Source of the DNA: Eukaryota sp. TZLM1-RC | Lineage: Eukaryota; Protista; Metamonada: BaSk clade | Direction of reading: 5' to 3' | Length of the DNA stretch: 64,000 nt | Assembly: GCA_040285825.1 (NCBI GenBank) | Contig: JAUPSS010000006.1 | Coordinates: 186,001 to 250,000, forward strand | Shown: piece by piece, positions 46,621 through 58,745 of the stretch | Position numbering within the stretch: position 1 is the first letter of the stretch | Layout of the letters: each line of letters begins with the position of its first letter | Program-made: the position numbers and the translations under genes | The notes under the pieces: generated by a model | What the model was told of the DNA's origin: nothing | Database searches by the model: none | What the model saw: the letters and a program-made list of their open reading frames with translations, nothing else

Positions 46621-49600
46621 CATTGTTTTGTGAATTATTTTTACATCATTAGAACTAATTCATTTTTCTTTTTTTTAAATTACACATTCTTTTGTTCTAA
46701 CAGTATAACCTTCTGACAATAGCAGTGGATTCCAAAGAAAAGGGATTGGTGGTAAGCGACAATAAAGATAACTTAAAGTTGAGAGGTGTATTACCAATTA
46801 CAATTTTAAGAAGACGGTTGATTCGGATTAATAGAATAAAACAGTTTAATTCAAAAATCAATACAGAAAAAAATTAAAGCAGAGACCAGAATTAATGAAT
46901 TTAAGTGGGAGATCTGATTTAACATAAAAATTATCAATCAGACAAAGAAATGAGAATATAGGTAGCTTGTAAGTACCTGTCTTTATTTAATATGTAGAAA
47001 TTGTCATTGGTTATAAGGTCCACTGATCACTGACAAATAGCATTATGGTCAATGAATCCATGAAGGACACTAGATTTGCGTTCACCAAATCATGAATTCA
47101 AAATCGAAAACTGAAGTTTACAATTGAGTTCGTCTTTTCTAATGAATAAATTTAAAGAATTTATATGCACTATTGGATGAAATTTAATTTTTTTTGCCAA
47201 CCCAATCGATCGGAAATTTGAAACAGAACAACTGTAAACATTACAGATATTCTTTCAAGATATCCTCTGAAACCTTACCAACCCAACTCGCCTTATGCTT
47301 GGTTTAGTTCTTGCACTTTATCTGCTTTCTTTACGTCACTTTACATCACCTTGTTCTTAACGGTGTCTGTCGTTCTACACCATCCTCCTACGTGAATGCT
47401 GTCGTGAAAACTTTAGTCATTTCTCTTTTCTTTTGAACTACTGACATCACTCTAAGTCGTCTCATTTTTGTGATCTCATGAATTATCCTTTCTTTCACTC
47501 CATTCACTCCTCACCGACCCTATATTCTCAGTTGGTGAACATGGAATCTTATTTTTTGCATTCCGTGAATGTTACTTCATTAAATTTTATCCATCCATGT
47601 AAAGGGGTCAATACATGGAAAGTTGGGTTGGTTAATTTTTGGTCGTTCATGAGACTCGAACCTGGAACCTAGGCGAATTCAGTTGATCTGTTTTAACTGT
47701 TTAAGTTCTTAAATTAAAGCTGGTTTATTGGTCATAATCAGCTGTCCTTTTTCTTTTTTGCTGATATTTCAATTTTCTACTTGTAGTTTTTTATGTATAT
47801 GGACCATTTTGGTTTTCAAATTTATTTTGAAAATTATGTAGATTCAATCATTAAACAACCCATATTTCAACCATGAATCTAAAATAAATCATTGATTAAT
47901 GTACATGACTCGAGGTTGGTTTTCACTATTGTTAAAATTCTAGGTTCAGTTGAGTCTGATGGTAATGATGTAAGTAGATGTGCTATTAATGAGGTTTTTA
48001 CTCTTGCTGATTCTCTGTTGATTTCGGTAATGTAGTTGTTGGTTGCAAATTCAATCTATTGTTACCACTGATGCCAATGTTGGGCACGACTGATGATGAA
48101 TTTAAAAATGTTGAAAGCAAAGTTTTTGATTTCAGGAGTGAAGTCCTTGTCAAAAACACCAAATTTTGGCTAAAATGTATCACTACTGATAATGATTGTT
48201 GTCGCCAGATTGCTGATTCAACTATTGATTTAGTGAGTGTGTTTGCTACTTATGGTCATTTTTTACTAACCAAAATTAATTTGACTATGATTATTGTTAT
48301 GTTTCTGAAATATCATTTTAATTTAAATTCAATGGTGACATATGGTAAATTTGTTTAAATATTGTGTTTTATGGTGTGAGTTTATTTGAATTTTTAACTT
48401 TGTGTTTTTTGCTGATTTTTGTTTACTACCTTTTTATTGGAGTCTCTATCAAATATTGAAAGTAATTCTCTTTATTTTGAGTCTCTATTTATAAATACAT
48501 AAACAACCGAGTAATCATCAGTCATTCAGTTTGTAATTGATTGAGGTTGATTACGGTCAAGAAAGATCTGATTACATGTGTCTGTATAGTCTACATGTTA
48601 TTGGATCTTTGTAGGCTTAATGCTTACAACAATTTTATTAATGAATTAATTTGAGGGTTTCTTTTTTTACCTCAACATGATTAATTCATTTTTTTCTATT
48701 ATTTATTTTTACATTTCAGATAGGTTTAATTATGAGATGACTAAAGCAGCATCGATCTTTTGAATTTCTTCCTTTACTGTCATATTCCTTTTTCTAAAGA
48801 TTGTCAATTTTCTCAAAAAATATATTTCTCCATTGTATTTTCACAAAACTACAGCACTTCTAACCTTCTGCTTGTTCAGCAGCTGGTAAGTTAATTTGAG
48901 GGTTGAAACAAGGTTTAACATAAAAAAGATACTTTTTCAAGAAATTGTTGCTCACAGATGTATTTCGTACATATCTTGCTCGTACATGCTGCTTGAATCG
49001 AAATCATTCTGATTGTCCTTCTTAATCAAAGTTTGGTTAAAAAGATAAAATATTCAAGCCAGATTGAAAGATTGTTGCCGCAGACTCAATCAAAGTTTGG
49101 TTATTTTCAGTTTTCTCGGAACAACAGGAACATTAAACCTCAGTGACCTACAGGAAATCTTTGAAGGAGATTCAAGATAAACTTACATGCATTTAATAAA
49201 AAGAATGTTTCTCTTGAATTATTCAGATTGAAATTGATGTAGTGTTCCAGAACAGAATCAGCAACTACTTCTTCGGGTTGGGCTAATGGTTCATCTGGCA
49301 AAAGAGAGAGAGAGGATAATTTGCACAGACATTCGTTTTATCTAGAGCTCTACAATGAGCACGAATAAAATTTTTTGTCCAGGATTGACAAGTTTTAGGT
49401 AGACTTGTCTTCACGTTAGACGCTAATTGACGAGCCCGATAAGCAAGGTAAGGAAAAAGCCCTTTTGTATTGATGAAATTACGTTTCTGAAACTGCAGCC
49501 AAGCATTGAGAAAAAGATTGAAGGAATTTCTATAAGGCACTAAACAATTTTCCCATGAAGAAACAAGAGACCTGTCTTGTTGATGCCGTAGGTTGGAAAA

Positions 49601-51025
49601 GTGGGGTTAAGATAAAGGTGATTTATTTTCTATTCATTTTATAAAAGCCTAAGGGCGCCAACACTACTTCTCCCCTTTTTCAAAATCAATCGGCTTTGTA
49701 ATGAATATTCAACTAACATCAATAACTAATAAACAAATTCTTCTTATTTCTATTACTACGTCTAGGCCGTTTAGGGGCGCTAGACTCATTGGAAGGACCT
49801 CTTCTATTAGAAGTACGTTTACCAACTTTTCAAAAATTGCTGGACTGTCGTTTGATTTTGAAGTAATAGTTGTAACAAATAACCATGTTTTGATCGAATA
49901 TGATGGATTTTTCAGAAGAATCCCTTATTTTCAAAGAACAGAAGATGATTTTCAACGTCAGTTGCTAAACGATCAATGGAAGGATCTTAAGGCTCAAGTA
50001 ATGGAAAATGTATTGATACATATTTTGTACACAATACCAAATGAATTGATTCCTTCAGAACTAGATCAAATTCTGAATGTGGATTTCATGCATAATTTGA
50101 TTGAAAATCAACAATGGGTTTATCACTGTGATGAATCCCCTTACAGATCACTTCGCAGTAGTTAATTTGTTTTTTTATGGTGAAACAATACAATAACGTT
50201 GTTTAATTTGTGTGGATTAGCTGTTTTGGGATATGACGATTTTTTTACCTCAACAGGATTAATTCATTACTTTTTGTATTTGGTTCGGGAAAAATTTCCG
50301 GGATAGGAGAAAGGCTCAATATTTAATATTTACTCAAAGTTGGATGAATGGTATTGACATGTTTCATGTGATCCTTGTACAATGTCATGATATTTCTTCT
50401 TTTAGTAGTTTTAAAGAATTTTAAAATTTATTAATTTCTCATTATTAACCTCGGGTAGCTGTTGCAGCAAGGGAATATCATGCTGAAGGTGATTCCCATT
50501 TTCATTTACTATTCCGAACTTATCCTAGATTACAAGTGACAACCCGAAAAAGAACCTGTCGTGAAGTGCGCTAAGTTTTTGAGCACTTTTTTTACGCTCA
50601 GGAGAAATGAATAGACCTTTTTTGTCTTCTTATCACAAAATCAAACTTATTTCGTCTCAAAATTCTCTCTGTACTATTGGTCAAAGTTTGGGAAACCAAA
50701 GAAATTGTTTCCTGCTCATCATTCCTTATCAGTGAAGCTATTTCAATGAGATTTCAATGAGAGTCACTATTTTCCAAAAAAAAATTCATATTTATTTTAA
50801 AACCAACATCTTGCTATTTGTTCTGCCAGGAGTCGATGAATTTTTTAGTCTTTTTGGTAGCAAAATTCGGCACAGTGAAAAATAAGTAAAGGTTCTTTCA
50901 TAGTATTTTTGATGTGTTTTTTGTTGTAAAAAAAGTTCAATATTTTCAGAAAAGGAAATCAAATAGGCTTCAAATCAGCAAGATATGATTGTTCGTTTTT
51001 TCTAAAGTTTTGGGGAAATGCCAGC

Positions 51026-51740
51026 TCAAGTTGGTTTTGGATAATCAATTAATAAATTAGAAGGGGACTTCTGTCGGGATTCGGCCGGCCCTGAACGTGT
51101 TCCAATGCTGGAACCACATAGATTTGAGTGGTTGGGGTCGATGGCCCAGAACACCATTTCCGTTTTGTCATCAGGTGCCTGCCACTTAGTAGCTTTTGGT
51201 TTCTGGCGAGGTCGTGGCCGTTCAACCTTGGCTTGCAAGGTATGTTTTCTATTTCGAGTGGTTTCGTGGTAATCAAGTTCCCCTCTGGATCTCTTATCAG
51301 CCAGCCAAGGACTCTCCACAGGTTGAGAACTCATGTCGAATTATTGGTGAAAACCTTGGACCAATCTCTAAACAATGTAGCAACAAATCCATCCAGAAAG
51401 CAAAGTATCTTCTTGTTGAACAGCACAATAATGATTGATTTTAAACATCAATTCATAATCAAATTAATGGCAAAAGAATACTTTAATATATTTTTCAATA
51501 TAAAAATATTTTTCATCGTAATTATCATCGTCACAAAGGGAGTTAAAAATGGTGATGAATACAGATTCGCCATTGCCACTAACTTTCATCAGCCACCAAT
51601 ATACCTCGCTTCTGTGGAGCTTCAGCTTAATGGTCTCATGTAACAATATCAATGATATCTGATTCTTGAGCAGGACCATCATGGGGATTAGTGCTGACAA
51701 ATTCAGCTGTAAATTGAGAATCAAAATGCTAGACTGCAAA
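51026..51740 (-). mobile_element. Third, divergent Fanzor1-like fragment with RuvC-I
   Basis: Frameshifted TLLS/DGFVATL, then VFWAIDPNHSNLCG. Confidence 0.55.
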
Positions 51741-53164
51741 CTTACGTAGAATGCCCAAAAAGCGGGCCATTTTCGGTGATCCACCGGTTCAACCATCCAG
51801 CTCCTGTTTGCCAATTCCCGTGACTCCTGTGGTTATTACTGTGGTTTTACCCCTTTTTGCTGATTTTTCCCCTTTTGTGTATGTTTACTGTGCTTGTTTT
51901 TATCAAAGACCCAAAAAAGACAATAACCGGATTCCTCCTTCCAACAAAAGCTATTTGTCACAGACTCCTTCCGGTTCAGATGATTAAACAGTAATAAATA
52001 TAAATGCTATAAGTTTGTTTTTATTCAACTTGGCAGATGATTAATAACAAATTTTTAATCAATCATTATTTCAGTATCATTTACGGTATAAAAATTTATG
52101 TCATTTGTTTTATACTTTTCAGAAAAGTGTTGGCAGTTACGCGTTTCTAAAAAAGACCTTTGCGTTCAACAATGATAAGTTCAACAGTGGTATTGCACTG
52201 CTACAATAAATTTTTGGACACCATAATTTTCACATTACCACCAAACGCATTGGTACCACGACTAGAGAGTGCCATGAATCTACGAAAATTGTTTTCACCA
52301 ACAGTAGGAATTTATAACTGATTTCATTAGTAGTTTTCTTTTAATCAATTATGTAGTGTCAATCGTTGTAATAAGGTTTATAAAGTTTGAGGATAATGAC
52401 TTGTCAAAAGGGAGTGAATGTAAATACCGGTATTCACGTATTTTACATTTTGCAAAACTACTGGATACCTGGCAAAAGTTCATTTCCATTCATTACATAT
52501 GTCCCGTAGGGCTTATAGTTCCAAGTCAAAGTATCTACTTAGTCACTTACGTAGAATGCCCAAAAAGCGGGCCATTTTCGGTGATCCACCGGTTCAACCA
52601 TCCAGCTCCTGTTTGCCAATTCCCGTGACTCCTGTGGTTATTACTGTGGTTTTACCCCTTTTTGCTGACTTTTCCCCTTTTGTGTATGTTTACTGTGCTT
52701 GTTTTTATCAAAGACCCAAAAAAGACAATAACCGGATTCCTCCTTCCAACAAAAGCTATTTGTCACAGACTCCTTCCGGTTCAGATGATTAAACAGTAAT
52801 AAATATAAATGCTATAAGTTTGTTTTATTCAACTTGGCAGATGATTAATAACAAATTTTTAATCAATCATTATTTCAGTATCATTTACGGTATAAAAATT
52901 TATGTCATTTGTTTTATACTTTTCAGAAAAGTGTTGGCAGTTACGCGTTTCTAAAAAAGACCTTTGCGTTCAACAATGATAAGTTCAACAGTGGTATTGC
53001 ACTGCTACAATAAATTTTTGGACACCATAATTTTCACATTACCACCAAACGCATTGGTACCACGACTAGAGAGTGCCATGAATCTACGAAAATTGTTTTC
53101 ACCAACAGTAGGAATTTATAACTGATTTCATTAGTAGTTTTCTTTTAATCAATTATGTAGTGTC
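51740..53164. repeat. ~620-bp direct repeat (51740-52360 / 52545-53164)
   Basis: Near-identical copies offset by ~805 bp. Confidence 0.9.
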
Positions 53165-53590
53165 TCGTTATGTATGTATTATCTCGTACATTCCATGGAT
53201 TTCTCAGTTCAGAATACTGAGATGAGTCAATCTCCACTGGTGCCAGTGACATTTCAGTTGTCAATTGAGGCGCTCTTTGGGTGGGGTGGGATCCTGTTCT
53301 TTTTCTGGAAGTGACATCCATAACAGCACCTATTGTCGTCAATAGTACGGTAGCACCATAAGTATCAAACAAGGAGCGAACAGTTTGAATTAGTTGTCTG
53401 TTACTCCTTGGTTGACCTAAACTTGATGAGCTACTGAATTCCTCTGGCTCTGTTTCAGGCTTGTCACTATCAATCTATGGTTAATAGTATGTAGCTGACA
53501 ACATACCGAGTCGTCACTTGAGGACAACTGTTGCTCTTCAACAATGACCTCCTCCACCTCGGCAGCACCTGTTTCTTTTGTATTGGACAT
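53165..53590 (-). pseudogene. Truncated unknown gene with a 32-nt intron (53475-53506)
   Basis: MSNTKETGAAEVEE.. is joined in frame to IDSDKPETEPEE by removing GTATGT..ATTAACCATAG. A frameshift follows. Confidence 0.45.
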
Positions 53591-54343
53591 TGAAATTGAC
53601 TTTTAATAAATTTTTTTATTTGTATTTTTTATTGTGTTGGTTCAACAATATATGTACACTATCATGCTCGTCACGACGAGAAATTTTCTCTTTGGGTTTG
53701 TTATGATGCAAGTTTAAACTTTAAATTGAAAAGAGTTGTATGGTAGATATATCTTCCATGTAAATGAAAATTTTCTAATCTTTCAACTTCAATTCCTACT
53801 ACCACACGATCCAAAAGATCACAGTCAAGACATTTCTCCAGGAAGACAAGGCGTTCCTTCAAAAAGCCAACTACCACCGCAAAGAAGCCAAGACAGGAAT
53901 CTGAATCCGATTCAGACTGTGTTTTACCACGCCCACGCCCATCCCAGCCTGAGACTAGAGAAAAGGTGACTGCATTGTTTCTGCCCCATTACAGGAACTT
54001 GTACCTGGTGCAACAGGTAAATGCCTTTGCATCGACTCTTGACAGATGGAAACAAGACCATCCAGCAGAGCATGCACCGATTGTAATTGCCCATCAACGG
54101 GAAGTCAAAGGTGCTGATCCAATCTGGCTTGTTTATACCTCCTCTTCTCAAGTCGTGACCAAATTTCTTGATGGTCCTTGGGATGTTGGTAATATTTGTC
54201 AAGCACCCACGCTCTCCGAGGACCCATTTGTCAATGATTACCTTGGTGAAACTCATCTGATCTCCACCACCACCTTCTTATAGAGATACGAGCAGTCTTC
54301 GTTCCCTTCGTATGTACAATGCTCGAACTTTTAGAGGAGTAAA

Positions 54344-55585
54344 ATGTTTCAAATTCCAGATCATGCTTACCTTAGTCCACATTATGGTGGTTTAAGGTGG
54401 ACGAAGGCTTCTATTCTTACATCGTGTGCTTTTGTTGGTGGATGCAAAAATGCAATTTTTGAGTTTTCCGAAAGATTTGCAGATTGGGAAGATTTATTGA
54501 TGACAACGCAAAGTTCCACTGTTTTTGCATTAAATGAAGAAATTTTCAAAATTAATGCAAAAAAATGGGGTTGATGCTTCCCCAATCATTCAATACTAAT
54601 ATTTCAGAAAAAAATGTTTTAAATTTGAAGTAAACTCTTCGAACATTACAGAAACGATTGACTGGAATGTATGAAAAAGATCTTTATAATAATATATGCA
54701 GCTCGGCTGTTTTCAATCAAGATCTTCACTCATTGTTATTGGAAAAGGGTGTTTGTCAAAACAAGTCGTCAGATTCTTCACTTTTTGTAACCATTGTACC
54801 ACGAAGATTTGGATTGTGTGCCAGTAATGAAGCATTTGTAACAAAAATGAGATTATATTTGAACATCCCCATTAACCAATTATTATCAAAAGAAGAATGT
54901 ATTTGTTCGAATTCACCTCAACTCACTTTGCACCATGCTCTGAATTGCTCTAAATTGATAACTTATCGTTCTTCATTACATGATGCTGTTAGAGACACTG
55001 TTTTCAATATGGCACAAACTGCAAGGGTATCGTGTATCAAAGAGCCCTCGCTGAAGGAAACACTTTCTCTGAATAATTTTGGTTCTGATGATAGAGGTGA
55101 TGTATACTGTGATTGGATTGATAATTCTGAAGCTATTGTTGACTTTGTCTCATGTAATGTTGCAAATGATACTTTGGTTCACAGAAGAAAACTGAATCCG
55201 GTGGCTGCTCTGGATTTCAAAGCAAAAGAGAAACATAGAAAATATGATAAAGATATTGAAGAGGCAAATGTCGATAGAAATACACAGCTGGTTTTTATTG
55301 CTTTCCCTTTTTCGACAAATGGATGATTATCAGTTGAAGCAGAAACTTTTTTGGATGACTTCCAAAAAATGGTGCAAGAAAAAACAATCAAAATATTTGA
55401 TATTTTTTTATGGCGTTCACGGATTCAATTTGCTATTATCAATAGATTACCTCGGTTTTTCAATCGAATTAGAGAAGCTTTAGCTAGACAGCAAGCAGAT
55501 CAAGATTTTGTAGAGGAAATCTTGGTGCAATGGTAGTCGTCCCATTAGTTATGAGTTAATTTAATTAAGTGTGCAAATTCAATAA
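54344..55585 (+). mobile_element. Decayed 3' half of an RLE-type non-LTR retrotransposon
   Basis: GGL..AFVGGCKN, CIC..HHALNC..HDAVRD, RGDV..VDF..KEKHRKY. Homologous to 15686-17460. Confidence 0.85.
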
Positions 55586-55619
55586 ATACATACTATTTCA
55601 AGGAGAAAAACCCAAATAC

Positions 55620-55887
55620 TTACCAAAATATAGATGCCTCTTCCACCGATTTGAAGATAACAAGCTTAGGGAGATATGTCAATACAAGGGAATCTACTGA
55701 TTTAGTTCCCACTAGTTGCTGTGGTCGACTATTGTTTATGACCACTAGAAAAATTAATGTAGGAGAAGAACTGTTTGTGCAATATTTTGACAAGCACGAT
55801 CCTGCCAGAAAAGATTTTAAATTACCTTTTCTGAAATCAAATGCCACTCCCAAGTACAATAGCGCAGATGACTTGGTACTGGATTAA
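55620..55887 (+). pseudogene. C-terminal part of a SET domain
   Basis: LGRYVN..RLLFMTTRKINVGEELFVQY. The canonical NH motif is degenerate. Confidence 0.6.
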
Positions 55888-56278
55888 ATTAACCGTAAAC
55901 GTACTCCAAAATTAGATTGATTGTTTGTGATGATTGTATTTCTATAAACAAGTACGTTATTGATTTTTTATCTCATTATGCATAAATACTGACATTTTTC
56001 ACAGTATAGTCCAAGTTGACAAGAAGTTCTATTATTTGAAAGGGGTATATACGTAAATACGTGTATTCACATACAATGTCTTCAACTTCGTCTAATGCTA
56101 CAGAATCTCATCAATGACAAGCCTCGTAGCACATAAAGCCTGCCAAATTACCATCAGAGTCATGTATTTAGAAAATTAAGTTCTGAAGGTCAGAGGTCTG
56201 GGATGAATTTCGGATTCATCAGTCACATCCACCTTTTCGTTTATCCCTGTAGTTACTCTTCCCTCCTTATCGCAACAA

Positions 56279-57013
56279 TTGATGTCCACATCCCCCGCAA
56301 CACCAACACAAGTGTCAACCATAACTTCAAAGCCCACTCTGCAACCTCGAGATGAGGACTTAAAACCTACGGTTTGCAGACCTGGGAAACCTTTCGTTGA
56401 AACGTTTCTTACGCTTGTGCAGTCTTACACTGGTAAGAAACCTCCGGATGAACTTTTGTCCTTATGCAAGCAACTAAAGGATGTCTTATCTATACATGTA
56501 TATCCGGTCTGCTTGCTTTACCAACAACCATCAATTTATCTTTTAAATACATTCCAATCTGAAATTTATCAATTACATCATGTAGACCTTCAATGTCCTA
56601 GTAAACTGTGCCGTTGTGATGATGAGACAAATTTGGTAAACGAAAAAGAATTAGTTGAACAATTCATCAGTGATGAAGAGATGCGGAGATATCACAAAAC
56701 AATGAATGCAATGACGCAGGAGAGTGTTTATATCAAAACTGATATACTTGCTTATGTTGTTAAGACAATGTACGAGGCTATATCGGATACCACTGTATCC
56801 TTAGATGTTAACCAGTCAGAGTGGACTGCCATTCCACAAGTTGACATGTGGAAATCACTATGCACCTATTCAAAATTCATTTTTTTGGGAGTTCCTCGGT
56901 CCGTGACCGTGTTAGAACCCAACACAGGGGAACCTAAAGAAGAGACAGAGACAAGGAAACAACGTAACTCTTCCCTGTCTGTACAATATCCTGTTAAAAG
57001 AATAAAGAATTGA
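56279..57013 (+). CDS. Hypothetical protein (244 aa)
   Basis: Open 735-bp frame in AT-rich context. No family recognised. Confidence 0.4.
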   Translation: MMSTSPATPTQVSTITSKPTLQPRDEDLKPTVCRPGKPFVETFLTLVQSYTGKKPPDELLSLCKQLKDVLSIHVYPVCLLYQQPSIYLLNTFQSEIYQLHHVDLQCPSKLCRCDDETNLVNEKELVEQFISDEEMRRYHKTMNAMTQESVYIKTDILAYVVKTMYEAISDTTVSLDVNQSEWTAIPQVDMWKSLCTYSKFIFLGVPRSVTVLEPNTGEPKEETETRKQRNSSLSVQYPVKRIKN

Positions 57014-57499
57014 ATACATAAATAGTAATAATTAAATAATTAAATAGAAAATCTTATTTAGAATTTCATTATATAGTACGATACATATTATTTAGTTTAT
57101 TTGTAAATACCAATGGTTAGGTTTTTAGATGTTGGTGTTGATTAATTGAATTATAACATGAATGTAGATTGTATTCAGATTCTTTTTTTATATAAAACTA
57201 TTTTCTTTTTTTAACACTTATTTGGTTTGAACATTATGAACTCAATGTCACTGAAAATAATCTCATTTTATTTGTTCACAAATGTTTCAATCTGTTTGCT
57301 TGTCAGGAAAAGTTTTTGCCAGTCACGATAATTACATTAATTTCACTGAGAAGCTAGAGAATATTCAAAACAATATTAAATCATTGTCACCGAGGTTGTT
57401 CTTGTTTTCATTCTATCTTTCACTCGAGGATGGCTTGCAAGAAAGAAAGTAGTAGGTCTTGGAGTTTTAATTTCAAAAGCAAGTGGATCATGTTGGATT

Positions 57500-57730
57500 G
57501 GAATTAATGGTATGTTGAATTAGAATTTTGACGACATAAGGTGTCTCGTTTGGATAGTCTTTCTAGTTGCATAGTACCAGAACGTACAATTTTTGCTTCT
57601 GCAGACAGCATTGATGCGAGTTGTCTCGGATTTTGTATAATTGACGCTCCCTTGCCTATCGGAACCTTCTTTTTTAATAAGTTCTGGTAGAAATAATAAT
57701 TTTGGAAAACAGAAAGTGTTCGAATCACAG
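57500..57730 (-). mobile_element. MULE/MuDR transposase N-terminal remnant
   Basis: KSETTRINAVCRSKNCTFWYYAT resembles the MuDR DNA-binding C-x4-C motif. Confidence 0.4.
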
Positions 57731-58284
57731 TGGTCTTGAATATGTATAGTCGAATAAGCTAAAAAACAATGCTGATAGTGTTTAATTTGTGTGAATGTGA
57801 GTGTAATGTGTAAATTTTCTTTATCATTGACCATAATCCCTATCATTTTACATAACTTCAAAAACATTTTTAATGATTTTTTTCAATATCAAGGAACATT
57901 ATTTATTCACATATACACAGTTTTTAATGATACAAAAGTAACCACTATGATTTATCGTACTATCATGAAAGCATTAGAACAAACAACTTCTCATTTGGTT
58001 GGAAATAGTTTATTGATCTTGTTCAAAGCCTTGGAGAAGTCACTCCACCTAGGTTCGGATGGGATGAGGAATTTGACCAATTGACGACTGATCGATATGA
58101 AGCGCGACGACAGGGTTTGGAACCTTGTGTGCTTGCTACACCTCTTCTAGAGCACACAGACCAAACAGATCTTTATAAACATCAACTATTAGGGAGAAAT
58201 ATTCCAAAAAAAATATGTCAACTATTTCACTCTATTTTCCGTGATGTTCTTGCCGCAACTTTGGAAGAAAACCCTGAATACCTC

Positions 58285-58745
58285 TTCAGCGCTTAGTTGG
58301 ATGTCAGTTTCTTCCAGGAGGGGGTTGACCTATTGGAACCTAGCAGGGTCACCTGCTTGTTAGTTAAATAAATCAGTTATGTCAGCATGATGTTTGTCAT
58401 ACCAACCAAGTACCTGCTCAGAAACGGCGGAATCTTTATGAACCTCAGCAGCTTATCCTTTCGGAGCTGGACAGTCAAAGAAGACTGCCATTGTTTTGTA
58501 GAAGTTAAGCTTCCATACAACTGGGTCATCTGTCATTATTTGACCGAAATTGTTCGCCATTTGGAGTGTGCGTGTTGGTACATCAGTTCCAACGAGTTGA
58601 AACGTCTTGAGGTATTGTCATACAGCAGTATCCAGGAAAATATTGGGTAAATAATTCTTTCCACTTTTGCAACGTATATCCTGAACTTTGGCATTTTTTT
58701 ATCTTTTTTTAACCAGGTCAAATAATTTCTCCGTTTTCGCAATTA
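58285..58745 (-). mobile_element. Further fragment of the Fanzor1-like family
   Basis: 58285-58560 is nearly identical to 33668-33940. HAHSKWRT matches the 32650-32680 region. Confidence 0.6.

Larger units (their letters stand above)
43331..51025. repeat. Tandem segmental duplication unit 2 (7.7 kb)
   Basis: Matches unit 1 but lacks the gag-only element. Confidence 0.92.
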
